64,000 nt of DNA from Chrysomallon squamiferum. Taxonomy: Eukaryota > Animalia > Mollusca. The DNA lies in the NCBI GenBank assembly GCA_012295275.1, contig CM022670.1:33356001-33420000 (forward strand), read 5' to 3'. This document shows, in pieces, positions 39,655-52,955 of the stretch (position 1 is its first letter; every line of letters begins with the position of its first letter). Below the pieces are notes generated by a model that worked only from the letters and a program-made list of their open reading frames with translations, was not told where the DNA came from and ran no database searches. Made by a program: the position numbers and the translations under genes.

Positions 39655-39782
39655 GTGGTCGGGTTGACATGTTTAATGTTGCTGAGGAACATACAATCAC
39701 TGGCATTTTCATCAAACACGTACTGGAGGACAGTCCTGCTGGCAGGAATGGAACTCTGGAGACTGGAGATAGAATTTTAGAG
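39655..39782 (+). CDS. MPDZ: MPDZ exon, PDZ7 (GRVDMFNV...GIFIKHVLEDSPAGRNGTLETGDRILE)
   Basis: ctgtcag| acceptor, GAG|gtatag donor, phase 1 to 0. Confidence 0.95.
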
Positions 39783-39829
39783 GTATAGTTGTTATATAGT
39801 TGTTTTACTTTATCTTTGGTCTTCCGTTA

Positions 39830-40450
39830 ACGTTGTTAATATGATGTTCTTAAGATAATGTAATTAATATTGTGATGTTATTATTCATTAATAGAGTTAA
39901 GATAATGTTCTTTTATTAAGCTAGTGGATATAATTTAATGTTAATAATATTTTTGCTATTTCATTAATATAGCTAATATGATGTTTTCATCAATACAATT
40001 AAAATGGATTCATTTTATGACTATTGTTATCATAATATTTCATTAACTGTATATATGATGTCATTTCATTAATACAGTTAATATGTTTCATTAATATACA
40101 TAATTTAATGTTTCATTAATAGTCAACATGATGTTGTTTCATTAATAAATTTAATATAATGTTTCATTACTATAGTTAGCATACTATTTTATTAATATAT
40201 TTTGATAATATTCTGTCATTAGTGTTATTCATGTAATGTTATTTGATTAATATATTTAAAATGTTTCATTAATATGGTCAATATGTTCTTTCAATAACCT
40301 TAATATGTTCTGTAAATGTTGTTAATATAATGTTATTTCATTGTAGTTTAAATATTGTTTTGTTAATATTGTTAATAACTTCTTTCATTTCTATTAATGT
40401 GGTCCTTAAATGTTGTTAATATAATGTTATTTCATTAATGTAGTCAGTGT
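39830..40450. repeat. Degenerate AT-rich minisatellite (ttcattaatatagttaatatgatgtt) filling the PDZ7 intron
   Basis: Recurrent motif throughout the intron. Confidence 0.75.
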
Positions 40451-40476
40451 GATTTTTTTATTTTTTTTTGTTTCAG

Positions 40477-40587
40477 GTCAATGGAAGAGATGTTCGAAAT
40501 GCAACTCATGATGAAGCTGTTGAGGTCATTCGTAATGCAAAGTCACCTGTCACGTTCGTAGTCCAGAGTCTTTCTGACTCAGTGTGT
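40477..40587 (+). CDS. MPDZ: MPDZ exon, PDZ7 C-part (VNGRDVRNATHDEAVEVIRNAKSPVTFVVQSLSDSVC)
   Basis: tttcag| acceptor, TGT|gtgagt donor, 111 nt, phase 0-0. Confidence 0.93.
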
Positions 40588-42343
40588 GTGAGTACAGGTT
40601 TCTTTGTCACATTCGCAGTGATAAATGTACTTCTTTATTAAAAACAATTATTGGTCATATACATGACTGTGTGTTCGGTTTTGAGATAATCAGTTTTGAG
40701 AAACAAGAGATCTTTATTAAAACCAGTTGGTAGTCTTGTTACATTAGTATTTGTTTGTGTCTGTTATTGGAAATCAAATAAGTAACATATTATAATATGT
40801 GTGTGTTTATGTGTATGTTTGAGTGGGGGTTTTTTTTGTGTATGGATGGGTGTCTGCAGTTATTTAAAATATTGAATGAGTGGATGTGAGAGGCAGAGAG
40901 AATTTATATGTATTCTGTTAAAAATGTACTACCTGTTGTTTTTAACTTAAACTTGGTTTTAAACTTGGTTTTAATTCTTATGTATTTTATTCTTCTGTAC
41001 CTTTATTAAAACATAACATAACTCCTATATTTTTCACTTTTGAAACATCATAGATTATAAAAAGAAAAACAAGTGAAATACCTTCTATTGCTTTACCATT
41101 TGCATTACAAAGGCATTTATTTGATTAATCCATTACCAGACATAATATATAATTTTTATGCATTTACAGTCAATATTATTTCACCTGTAATAAAATCAAT
41201 TTGCATTATATCTCTATGCATAGGGTACAAATTAGAAATATTATTTTATAATGTTAATCTGTTAATGGATATGCATTGATGCTGACTTTTTGTATCATTC
41301 TCTAAATGTCATTGCACATATTTAAAAAAAAATAATAATAATAAAAAGGTATTAAATACATCTTAAAAAATTAAAAATTAAATATATAACCATTGTAATT
41401 TCTCTACAGAGAATTTTTAAACTAGAAATAAAATAAAGATTGACAGGATTTTGAGGTAAATGTTAGATTAATGTTTATGTTTAATTTGTTATTTTTGTTA
41501 TGTGGTATTTTTTATTCACTGTATTAAAAGGATTATTGAAAGCACACAGTACAAATCAGGTATTAATGTGCACTGGCGATATTTCTTGTTAATGTGAATC
41601 TATTTGAAGAATCAGCTCTTTGTTCAAATATAAACAGTGTAATGACATCAGTTTTAAAACTAATTGCGCAATAAATATAATGCACTAGTTTCCATAAAAA
41701 ATTATATAGAAAATAGAAAAAAAAAAAAAAAAAAAAAAAAACTGAAAAGAAAAAATTGAAAAACAAATTCTACTATAATTTTTTTTTTTTAGATAATGGA
41801 ATAAAAACAAAGAAAAAAGAAAAAGCTTTAAAAAAAATCGAAAGCAATTTCTACTAACATTTACAAAAAAAAAAAGATTAAAAATAAATAGAATTAAAAA
41901 AAAAAATGCAACAAAAACCCCACCAAAAGGCCAACTTTCAAAACTTTTAAAAGAAAATATTTTCCTTCAAGGTCAGCACTTCAAAATATACCCAATAAAA
42001 ATGTTTATTGTTTTTCCATATGACTTTGATTAGTGTAAAGTCTTTGAGGATGATACAGAAAACCATTTTAATTTAATCAGTGAATTGTTTTTTTAGTTAG
42101 TCTCTGTTATTGTTGTAGGTACAGATGAAAAAGAATTATGTTAATACAAACATGTAATACGGCTTACACTTACTTGAAACATATCTCTGTCTGTCTTTCT
42201 GTCTGTCTGTCTGTCTGTGTGTATGTCTGTGTCACTGTTTATCTGCATGTCTGTCTGTTTATCTAGCTGTATAATATAATACAGAGGATGTATGTGAATA
42301 TTTTGTTATGTTACTTTTTCCGTTTTTTTTTTTTTTTCAATAG

Positions 42344-42463
42344 CCTGGTGATTTAGAAGGAGCAGATTTGAAACCAGTACAGTCAATGGAAGAAATGATT
42401 TCCACCAGTTCAGTCAGTGAAGTTCACAGTGAACCTTCTAAACCTTCAGCTATTCACACACAG
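42344..42463 (+). CDS. MPDZ: MPDZ linker exon (PGDLEGADLKPVQSMEEMIST...AIHTQ)
   Basis: poly-T then caatag| acceptor, CAG|gtgaga donor, 120 nt, phase 0-0. Confidence 0.85.
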
Positions 42464-43069
42464 GTGAGAGTTCACTTATAAAACCAGATAATCTGTTACT
42501 GAACCACTTTTGTTTTCTGTTTGAGAAAAGAAACAGCTTTAAATGGCAAGCTGTTACATATTTAGTCTAGTTTTCACAATTATGGTGTTTATTTAATATT
42601 TTACAGGGTTTTGGGGGTTATTTTATTTATTTATTTATTTATTATTCTTTTTGTTGTTTTTGTTCTTTGTTTTTGTTTTTTGTATTTGTTTCTGTAAAAT
42701 AAATACACAAGCACAGATTTTTATACAGAAGAATTTTTAAATATCAATATTAGCAATTGTTTAGAATTTTTATGGTATAAGGATTCTAAAAAATTAAATT
42801 ACAAAATAGTCGGGACACATATATTTTACATTCAAATGTTTTTAAACATCAAATAAAAAGCAAAAAAAACTTGTTTACAGAAATAACAGCAAACAAACAT
42901 ACAAACCAAAAGAAATAATAAAAGTAATGATAAATAAATAAACAAATAAACAAATAAATAAATAAAAATGTATATACAAATTTTAAACATTAATTCTTTA
43001 TAATTATACATGTATTAATTTATCCAGATCCTTGATTTAAATATATCTAAACTGTATTTCTTTTTCCAG

Positions 43070-43136
43070 AGTTCACTACCTGATGTAATACAGAAAGAAT
43101 ATAGTGAAGTTGAAGATGAATATGGATACTCTGAAA
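43070..43136 (+). CDS. MPDZ: MPDZ exon (SSLPDVIQKEYSEVEDEYGYSE)
   Basis: tttttccag| acceptor, A|gtacgt donor, phase 0 to 1; MPDZ EDE[FY]GYS motif preceding PDZ8. Confidence 0.88.
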
Positions 43137-44549
43137 GTACGTTTTTATATTTTTTTATGTTGCATTAGAGACTTTGTGTGTGTGTGTATGTATGTGTGTA
43201 TTCGTGCAGGCATGTCCTTATATGTACAATTACTGTCAATCTTGATCTGTATTAATTTCAGGTTTTGGAGTTTTAAATACCAGTTTTTAGTTTTGAAAAT
43301 TATTTAAATAGCTTTAGAGTGAATATTTTACTTTAACCTCTTCACCTCTCATGTGAATTTTTTGTTATCTAATGGCAAAATTTTTAATTCATATAAGTAG
43401 ACAATGCTCAGATTATACTTTTGACTTTTAACATTACATTTCTATTTTAGACTGAACATTCCCTTTATAATTAACTAACATTCTGAAACTAGATTTGTAT
43501 TTACAATACAAAGCTGCTTTTAAAACCATAATATTTCCATTAGCTAAATCTTTTACTTCCTGGAAGACAGTAAGCATTTGTGGAAACATAAAATTCTTTG
43601 ATTGGTAATGGAACATGATACTTATTACCTTTTAAATCAAGAAATACTCTTTTGTGTAAATAGGAAACCAGACTAATAAAACTGTCTACAAATGTAATGA
43701 TTACAGTTCGGTCAATAACAATCTTTTCATGCATTCAAAGGGTAACAATGAGGAGTTGTCACCCTATGTTTTTCTTTTTTCTTTTCTTTTTTTTATTATT
43801 TCTTTCTTTCTTTCTTTAAAATGGTTCTAATATTTATTTATTTATTTATTTATATTATTATTGTTACTATTATTATTCTTATTCTTGTTATTATTATTTT
43901 TATTATTATTATTATTGTAATTATTTGTTCTGTTTTGATCAATTTAGTTCTCAGTGATCAATTTAGCCATTGTTCATTATTAAGTGACATGTTATTTTAA
44001 TATTGTGGTCTGCAGAGTTAATAGATGATTTGAAAGTTGTGATAAATCTGTTTTAAATCAAGTGTGCAATGTGATTAGGAATTGGTTTTAAAACTCTGTC
44101 ATCACAGTAATAAAATAAACAGTAGTGAATACAACTCATACAGCACATCTCTTTTATTAGCATTTTCTACTTTCTCTGAATGTTAAAAATAAATATATTA
44201 CGTTTATCCTACATTCAGTACAGAAAGATGAGTGTGCTGAAAATTATCTGCTCTGAGGCACATCTAGCTCCTTTTTTTTTCTTTTTTTTTTTAAAAACTA
44301 TAAAAAAAAAAAAAAAAAAAAAAGCTTGTATCATTTGTGAGATGGAGACAGCCATTGACTGTACCTCAATAAATCAATAATGTCTGATTGGTATAGTCAG
44401 GAAGTGGGTCATATGCACAATGAAGAGGAATTTCCTTTAAGAGTTTGCCACACAGATATTTTAATGATGTGACATGGATGTAACAGTCATCAGAAGGGAT
44501 CTATATATCCTTTATCATAGTTCATCCAACTGTTGGCAGAAAAGTCTCT

Positions 44550-44930
44550 GTATGTTTTACAGTAGTTTACACAGGTGTTAGTAGAATATGTACATCCTTC
44601 ATAATAGTTTATACAGCTGCTAGTAGAATGTGTATAACCTTCATTACAGTTTACACAGCTGTTAATAGAATGTTTATATCCTTCATTACAGTTTATTCAG
44701 CTGTTAGCAAAATGTGTGTATCCATCATTACAGTTTACACATCTGTTAGTGGAATGTTTATATCCTTCATTACAGTTAACACAGCTGTTAGCAGAATGTG
44801 TAGATCCTTCACTACAGTTTATACAGCTGTTAGATTAGTATTCTATATATATCCTTCATTAAAGTTTACACAGTTAATACAATGCATATATTTTGCATTA
44901 CAGTTTACAGAGCTGTTAGTAGAATGTGTC
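44550..44930. repeat. 42-bp minisatellite (atccttcattacagtttacacagctgttagtagaatgtgtat)
   Basis: tcattacag at 44641 and 44683 and onward; a period divisible by 3 explains ORF 44628..44999. Confidence 0.92.
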
Positions 44931-47548
44931 TTTTGTAGTTTATATATGGGTCTTTTTATCTGCAACACAATTTTATGTGGAGAGAAATGTGTAAGATGAA
45001 AAATAATTCAGGAACTTTATTAATCCAAATTAATTGTTTTCCAAAGACTGACACTTTCAAATGTATTCACCTTGATAATTGATAGTAAAATAATGCAGTT
45101 GTTCTGTACACAGCATATTATTACTGCTTTGGCTAAACTTATGAATTAGGTGAAAATAATAAATCAAATTGGACAGTGCTCCCTGTAACTTTGCATGTTG
45201 TCTGCAGTCCCATAGCATGCTTCATTACTGTAGATTTATGAAAAATAATTAGCAGCTCAATACACCAGTGAAATGTTGACCTCACTGGACTAACAGAAGA
45301 TGTAAATCCTTTTTGATCTTTCTGCTTGTGCTGTATAAAATAACAAGATATTTTGTATTGTAAATTAGGAATACAGATAGAAAGACAGCATATAACACAC
45401 ACACAGATGTGCATACATACATTATGACCATTTTCAACAAGACTTGCATGATTTTTCGTTGTTTTTAAATATCTAAAACTTTATGGCAATGCTATTGACT
45501 TTGTTACCTAAAAAGAAAAAGCATTAATGCATTTCCATTAGTGGGTTAATATTACAAATATATCATTGTAATTTTACTATTAGCAAAAAGTTCCTTATAC
45601 ATTCTTAATATTTAGAACAAGATCATCAGCAAAATGATATCATTTATCATTTATTCCAAAGGCTGTGACACTAAAATGCATTATCTTGAAAATAAAAATA
45701 TAAAAAAATAAATGATTGTTTTAAAAACATTGGCATCTGGTTTTTTGACAAATTGTATTAATATTCTTTTTTATACAGACAATTTGTTACTGGCAAGCAG
45801 TCATAAAATGATAATGTAGTCCTTGATGTACTTCATATGACATTCAGATTTAAGGGCAGTGAGCATGAACCAAGAGAAATATGATGATCATCATGTTGTT
45901 TATATTTGATTGATCATCCTGTCATGATTATAATTGTGTCCATGACTTGGAAATAGAGAAGGCTGGTTTTGGTTTTCAATTTTCATATTCTTATTACTCT
46001 TATTATTATTATCTTCTGTTTTTTTATTATTACTATTTCTTTTTCTTTTTTTTTAAAAGAAAGATTTTTTTTCTGTTTTTTTAAATATTTATTTCATTAT
46101 TATTATTATTTACTGTGTATATTTATTTCTAAGATGTAATGCACATCTGGAATTATTATTATCTAATGTACAAAGAAAAATGTCAAATTTAAAAGCATGC
46201 ATCAGTGTTTTTCACAAATGTCATTCATGTTTTTACACTGCAAATTTATTATTTCCATGCAAACTTTTTTTTGTTCTATTTTTTAAACGTTTATCTCCTT
46301 TTTCCTCTATATATATTACTTAAAGATTGATGTAAAACTTATAGAATTATTTAAATACATAACAAAAATTATACACCTGCAACAAATATATCCCAAACAG
46401 ATTGTCAGTTCATAGCAAAAACAATTTTTGCTTCTTCATTAACGGAAAATTTTCAGATGTCTAATTTCCAGTGTAAAATTTACTTTGTTGTCAAACAGTG
46501 TAAAAAATATTTTTCTTTACTTTAAAATATTATTTTAAACCAGTGTAAATTTTTCTTGCTTAAAATAGTGTTACTTTTGCAGTAATATAAAATAGAATTT
46601 AAATTTTTTTTATTTTTTTTTTTTTTTAATTTTTTTATATAAATAAATGACTGTAATAGAGTCAACCGGTTCAGGCTGAATTTTGTATTTGATATCATTC
46701 TTGTTTGTAATTCATTACAACAACATCCTTGAAATGAATGATGTATGGGAAAAAATCCATTAGATTATCACAATCTCAGATGAGTTTAGGTTCAAAATGG
46801 AAATAAATTTAACTGTGTTATATTTGGTAGACAAATTATAAAACTTAATTTTGCTGTTACAAAGATTTTTTAAAAAGAAGCAAGAAGTGAAATTGCTGCA
46901 GCTGATATCCAGTTGTATTTATAACTTCAGTACATACAAATGTTTTTTTGAAAATCATTAATTGAAACAAGGTGGCTGATAACCATATATTTTTTTTGTT
47001 CTTTCCATGTTTCATGTGAACTCAAGTAGTATGGTAATGAGAAATGGGTTTTGTTGGTTCATTGTAAATATTTTCAGTCTGTGTTTGAATTGCTGATAAA
47101 ATACAGAGAAATTATCTCAGTTTTAATTTGCAGTTTTCTTTTAATTTCCTTGCTCTTTCTCAATTATCTTGAACATTTTTCTTTCTTTTTTTTCATTATT
47201 TGTGTGTCTCTCAGTCTAACGATTGTGTGTGTTTGTGTATCTTTTATCTTAAACAAAAAATACTACTGAATTATGGATAGCAGTTTTATACAGAATATCT
47301 TCATTTTAGTTTAGTTTTTACCAATCTGTTCTTAAATAAAATAAAATAAATAAAAATAAAAATTGCAATTAGCCAATATACTTTAGATAATTTTTATAAA
47401 TAATTTCTCATTTGTTTGACTTTCTTTTCTTTTTATATTATTTTATTTTATTTTTTTTTTTTTTTTTTTATTTTATTTTTAAGATATATTTTTTATTATT
47501 ATTTCATTCCAGTTTTATTTATTTATTATCTGTCTATCTACTTTCTAT

Positions 47549-47583
<35 letters not shown>

Positions 47584-47887
47584 TTTGTGAAATCCAGATG
47601 ACTGGCTTTATTGGTAGATGTCGGATTTAATCAGTCATACATATTGTATTATCATTAATATTTGTCACTGATACTCAGCCAGTCTGGTTTGATTTGGAAT
47701 GACTTAGATTTGTGATTAGAAAAGCTTCTGTCAGTTCCAGGCAAAACCTAGAATGCAATTAAATTGCAGTCAGAATAACTCGAGTAAAACTCATGTTGAG
47801 GACTGCATGAATTTTTTTTTTTTTTTTTAGCTCACAGTTTTTCAAAAGAGTCTTAATTTGTTTGGAACTTAATTTAAAATATATATA

Positions 47888-47897
47888 TCTGTCTCTC

Positions 47898-47960
<63 letters not shown>
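47888..47960. repeat. (CT)n microsatellite
   Basis: Directly visible. Confidence 0.95.
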
Positions 47961-47963
<3 letters not shown>

Positions 47964-49089
47964 ACTAAAATGGAAAATAAATGTGTGCAATATTAAATGG
48001 GTAGTTACTTAGAAAACAAAAGATTATGGATTGCAAAGAGTCTGAAATGAGTGACGTATCATGCTGGATTAAAGGTGACTTGCAAATTAATTAGGCTTTG
48101 ACAATTTTCTGAAGATAACAGCTATAAACAGAGTAATTTAGCTTATACACTAGGATGAAAGGAAACATCTATTTCTGTAGTTCTCTATTCACTTTGTGCA
48201 GTTGTGTAGACCATTAATATATTACACTTGTTGCTGGAACTGTTAGTCAATTTTCATTGAACACTACGTTAAATTGTTTACAGTATTATAGGAAATTCAC
48301 ATAGGTGAAGCTGATTTCTAAATGTGTTTATCTCTGCAGATGTTACCATTCATTTACCTAAAGCCTGTTTGTCTTTCATTACACCTCATCCATTAATGGT
48401 AATAAAACAAAGTTGAGTCTGAGATTAGGCTGATTCACTTTGCTACCTGATATGGTCCTGCCCACAAGGATTTTAACATATATAGACATCGATTTCTCAA
48501 CCACCTTCATAAATCTCTGCAAGCATCAAAATTCTTTCAATGACACAGACAGGCATTTATTTAGTGACTGCCATATCCAATTGTCTCACTATTGAACTGT
48601 CTCTGTTCAGATGACACACCGAAGTGGCATTCTCCAAAAGCCTTCTTCGCCCACTGCTAGTACCAGCCACAGCATCTGGCTCTACTATATCAAAGTCCGT
48701 GTTTGCTGTATGTGTTGTCCACAATTCCCCCGTTGCACACAGCATATTGATTACTGTTTTTCAGTGTTTTCAGTCTTAACTGCATTAATACTCGAAACTC
48801 AATGTATGTTCATATTTACTCATAACTGAGCATCAGAGGGAACAACTGAACGTTACAGTTGGAGGCCAGCCAGTAGATGGAGAAATTTTACTTCATAGAT
48901 CACAAAAGTGTTTGCCTGTGCTGCCATTATTGATCGGATGTGTTATGTGCTCTCTTGTTCATTTAAGATTGACATTCTATGTATATTAGTCCTTCAAAGA
49001 TCAAGCATGACAGCAAGTTGCTTTGTCAGTGAGGATGTCTGCTTTTGATACATCAGTCTTTCTGTGTAGATGGAACTGAATGATAGACA

Positions 49090-49117
49090 ATGAATATTCA
49101 TGAAGACGACATATTTG
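49090..49117 (+). CDS. Candidate alternative first coding exon MNIHEDDIF(E), splicing to the PDZ8 exon
   Basis: acaATG context, in-frame TAG at 49084-49086, consensus donor TTG|gtaagt in phase 1 matching exon 53837; preceded by about 600 nt of GC-richer, non-repetitive sequence. Confidence 0.6.
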
Positions 49118-49799
49118 GTAAGTAAGACTGCATGAAGTGTTTTTCTAACTTTAAGATGTATCAAGTCTACACAGTATGTCTAGGTAAACAAGGCTTTACA
49201 TGATACATCTGAATTTGTAGATATCTACAGAACTTGTTTTCAACAGCTTGAGAAGCTTTGGAAGGAAGCAAATATGGATATTGTTCATTTGCTTATATGA
49301 TAAAGTATAATATTTGTCAGTAGAGTTTAATTGTTCAGTATTAATTTATGAGTTAATTCAGCTGAATGTTAATATGGTTAGATAATGAAAGTATGATAAA
49401 TGCATTTGAGGTCTGCAGATATGTATTAAAGGAAAATGACATTTTACAGGTTATGCATACTAAAACACACACACACACACATACACATGCAGGTCCACCA
49501 ACACAAACTCGTGTATTTTAGTACATGCACACACATCCATACATACACAGATAAAAGTGTATCATAATTGGTGATAAATTTTCATCACTTTAAAAATTAA
49601 CGTTCGTACAAATGTGTTATTTATTGCTATACCTTTTAACAACTTCCAATCATTAATACCTGTTTTGGGGTGATTCTGTTTATGTCTGAAGTACTATTAC
49701 CACTGCACAGTTTAATGCTTTTATAGCAGATCACATTATTCAAAGATTTACAGCAAGTTCTGGCAGCACCTGCATGGGTAATGCATAAAGTCACCAGAA

Positions 49800-50390
49800 T
49801 GTCTGATACTACTGTACAAACTGATTATTTTTATCAGAAATTATGATAAAGTATATGATCTCTTCAGTTTTGTAAAAATTTCTCAATGACTTGAAAATTT
49901 TGGAACAGTATTTTTTGATCTGATAAATCTCACCGAAAGTTTTGGGGTGATCTGATAAATAACAACAAATTTTCTGACAAAACTGTATGATCTAATAAAT
50001 CTCAACAAAATTTCTGACAGTACTGTATGATCTGATAAATCTCAACATAATTTCTGACCGTACTCTATGATCTGGTAAATCTCAACAAAATTTCTGACAG
50101 TACTGTATGATCTGATAAATCTCAACATAATTTCTGACCGTACTCTATGATCTGGTAAATCTCAACATAATTTCTGACTACTGTATGATCTGATAAATCT
50201 CATCAAAAGTTTTGACAGTACTATGTGATCTGATAAATACACCAACATTTCTGACACTAGTATATGATCTGATAAATTTCATCAAACGTTCTGACAATAC
50301 CATATGATCTGATTAATTTTGTCAAACTTTCTGACAATAAGCTTTGATTTAATAGATCTTATCAGAATTTCTGACAATGCTATATGATGA
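49800..50390. repeat. 40-bp minisatellite with an exact 80-bp ABAB higher-order core
   Basis: Unit A ctcaacaaaatttctgacagtactgtatgatctgataaat at 50001 and 50081; unit B ctcaacataatttctgaccgtactctatgatctggtaaat at 50041 and 50121. Confidence 0.95.
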
Positions 50391-52019
50391 ATTTTACCAT
50401 CAGTAAAGCTAGTACAAGTAATTATATTCTGGTCTCTTGTAATCTCTTCAAAACATGGTTAAATTCCTCTGGGATTCATAGACAGTGAGTTTTTTTTCTT
50501 TTGAGCATTTTTATTGAAGAAATAATTATTCTTGGATTATTTACTGATTTATGCTATTCAATAACAAGTGTGATGATGTTGAATTCATTAATAATGAATT
50601 TGGTGATGTGATAAAAGGTAAGGTGGCTGAAACAGCAGATGAAAAGTAAAAAGATCAGAAAAATTATGCCAAGGTATATGTACAAAATATATTGTAAGCT
50701 GATCTGTATATTCAGATAAATGTTAATACAGAGCATTTTTAATACTGAAAATAGTTGTGGATGTTTTACAATTATAAATTAATACAAATGACATTTTTAA
50801 AATTGTTCAGCCACTGGTATCTATAATTTATAAAGATCACCAAAATCTCTGTTCTACATGTGTTCAGTTATCAGTGATTTTGTTTTAATCTGTAGTATGA
50901 CAACAGTCAAAGTTTCAATAATATAGTTCTTAAATATTCAGTATTTTTATTCTTTTGGTAACCTTTTATACTATATAACATATTATTTCTCACCAAGGAA
51001 AAACATTTTCAGATTTTACAGTTGATTTCAGTGTGTGTGTGTGGGGGTGTTCATAGTTTTATACAGCCTTTAATATTTCATTATTGAAATATATTTTTAG
51101 TTTTTAATAGAGAAAATGTAAGATGATCTATTATTTTGATTTTGTTAGTTGAATAATTTTCTGAAAAATGAGAGAAAAATTTGTTTATATGGCCTTCATC
51201 TTTTAATATTATATTACTGAAACAAATGTTTACTTTTTTAAATACAGAATGACAGTTGGTTTATTATTATAATTTTATTTCTTTATATATCCATAAAGGT
51301 TTTAAAAGAAGGAAAAAATATAATAATGAAAAAAAAAAAAAAAAAAAAAAGATTGTTTTATAATAATAAACTTTGAATTTGAAATAATGAAAAATGCAAG
51401 CACTGTAAATTACTAAAAGTACTTAGCAAGCATAAACAGCTATGCACTTTGTAATAATGGATAGTGTCAATGTATTTATTGTTTCCTAAACAAGCTTTAT
51501 GGAAATTGAATTTTTAATGCAGGTGAACGATATCCTGCAGTTTCTTAACAAATTAAATAAGAGAGTAGATTGTGTTCCTGTAATTTTAGTCACATTCAAG
51601 AAAATGTTTTCTATTAATCCTTAAAATTATATTGATATACTTTGTCATATCTTGATTTTTTAAATAATGTTCTGCTTATGCTTAGTTTTGTAAGTTCTTT
51701 AAAAATTAAAAACAAAAACAAACAAACAAAAAATAACAAAAAAAATGAAAGAATAAATATTTAATAATGTTTCAAGTATAAAACAAACTCACATTACATT
51801 TAGAGTAACTACTTTTAACACTGTGTATATATTACAGCACATCAATAAGTAATAAAATGTAATTTATTCCAGGAAAATATTGCATCTTATCTGACTGATA
51901 TTACCAGCTAAATAAAACCTGAGAAAGAAATAGTTTCAGAAATTAATCAGAAGTAATAATAACAGTAACATTTTATGAGCGAAGCTGTAAACTCTAAGAT
52001 AAAGGCAGTGCATTTTATT

Positions 52020-52410
52020 GTCATGCTGATTCTCTTTTACAGCAATAGTGAATTTTTCATAGCAGTGCTGGTGCTCTGCTGAAAATATAACAGCAGATTT
52101 TGTAATCACATGCTCTGTTGTTATAGTAACAGTGAATTTCACACAAGTACTGATGCTCTGCTGTTATAATTAAACAAAATTTCCAAGAAGTAGTAATGTT
52201 TTGTTACTGAAGTAATAGCGAATTTTCAATTAGTACTTATGCTGTGTTATAGAACTGAATTTCATAGTTGTATTGTGCTCTGTTGTTACAGTAACAGAGC
52301 ATTTCAAAGCAATTCTGATACACTGTTGTTATGGTAACAGTTAATTTTGTAGCAAAACTCATGTTCTTTTATTTTAATATTGGTGATTTAATAGTACTTA
52401 TTCTCTGTTA
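52020..52410. repeat. Degenerate approx. 40-bp minisatellite (gctctgttgttacagtaacagtgaatttc)
   Basis: Motif recurs repeatedly. Confidence 0.7.
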
Positions 52411-52853
52411 TAATACTGTTAAACAACAGAAAGAAACATAACATGAGTACATTACTACAAAATGTTAGTGAAGAAGGTTCATGGGTAGAGCACATGCCTG
52501 AGGAATGCTAGGTCATAGGACCAACTCTGTTTTGTTCCTTCTGGAGATAGTTACACAAACTAGCATAATATTTGGTAATATAATGGGTATTTGAAATCAA
52601 GTTAAATTATTTGTGAAATCAACAAGTAAACTATTCTCAGTATTTCTATACTGATCATAACAAAAATTGTTTAAGCCCATGTTCAGTTTAAGAGCTAAAT
52701 TGTATTGATAATATGTTTGTGTTTGTTCCTCTGTATTAAAAAATGACTGTTGCTATTATTATTAGAATGTATTATAAATGGTAAGTTGTCCTTTGTGTTG
52801 TCAGCTACAATAGCAAATGTGTTACAACAGGTTAATGAACTTGCATTGCCTAT

Positions 52854-52955
52854 ATAATTGCTAACATCATCTATTCACTTTAAATGAACACTTCCATATG
52901 TAATATAACATGTGGAAGTGTTCATTTGAAGTGACTAGATGAAGTTAGCAGTTAT
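52854..52955 (+). repeat. Long inverted repeat/hairpin: 48-bp arms, 6-nt loop
   Basis: 52854-52901 pairs with 52908-52955: 43 Watson-Crick pairs, 3 G-U (on + strand RNA) and 2 mismatches. Confidence 0.92.

Noticed and set aside
44628-44999. 123-aa repetitive ORF
   Set aside because: Produced by a 42-bp (3n) minisatellite; no splice or start context supporting coding.
49800-50390. Regularly spaced repeats resembling a CRISPR array
   Set aside because: Units are contiguous tandem copies with no unique spacers, inside a eukaryotic intron, with no cas genes.
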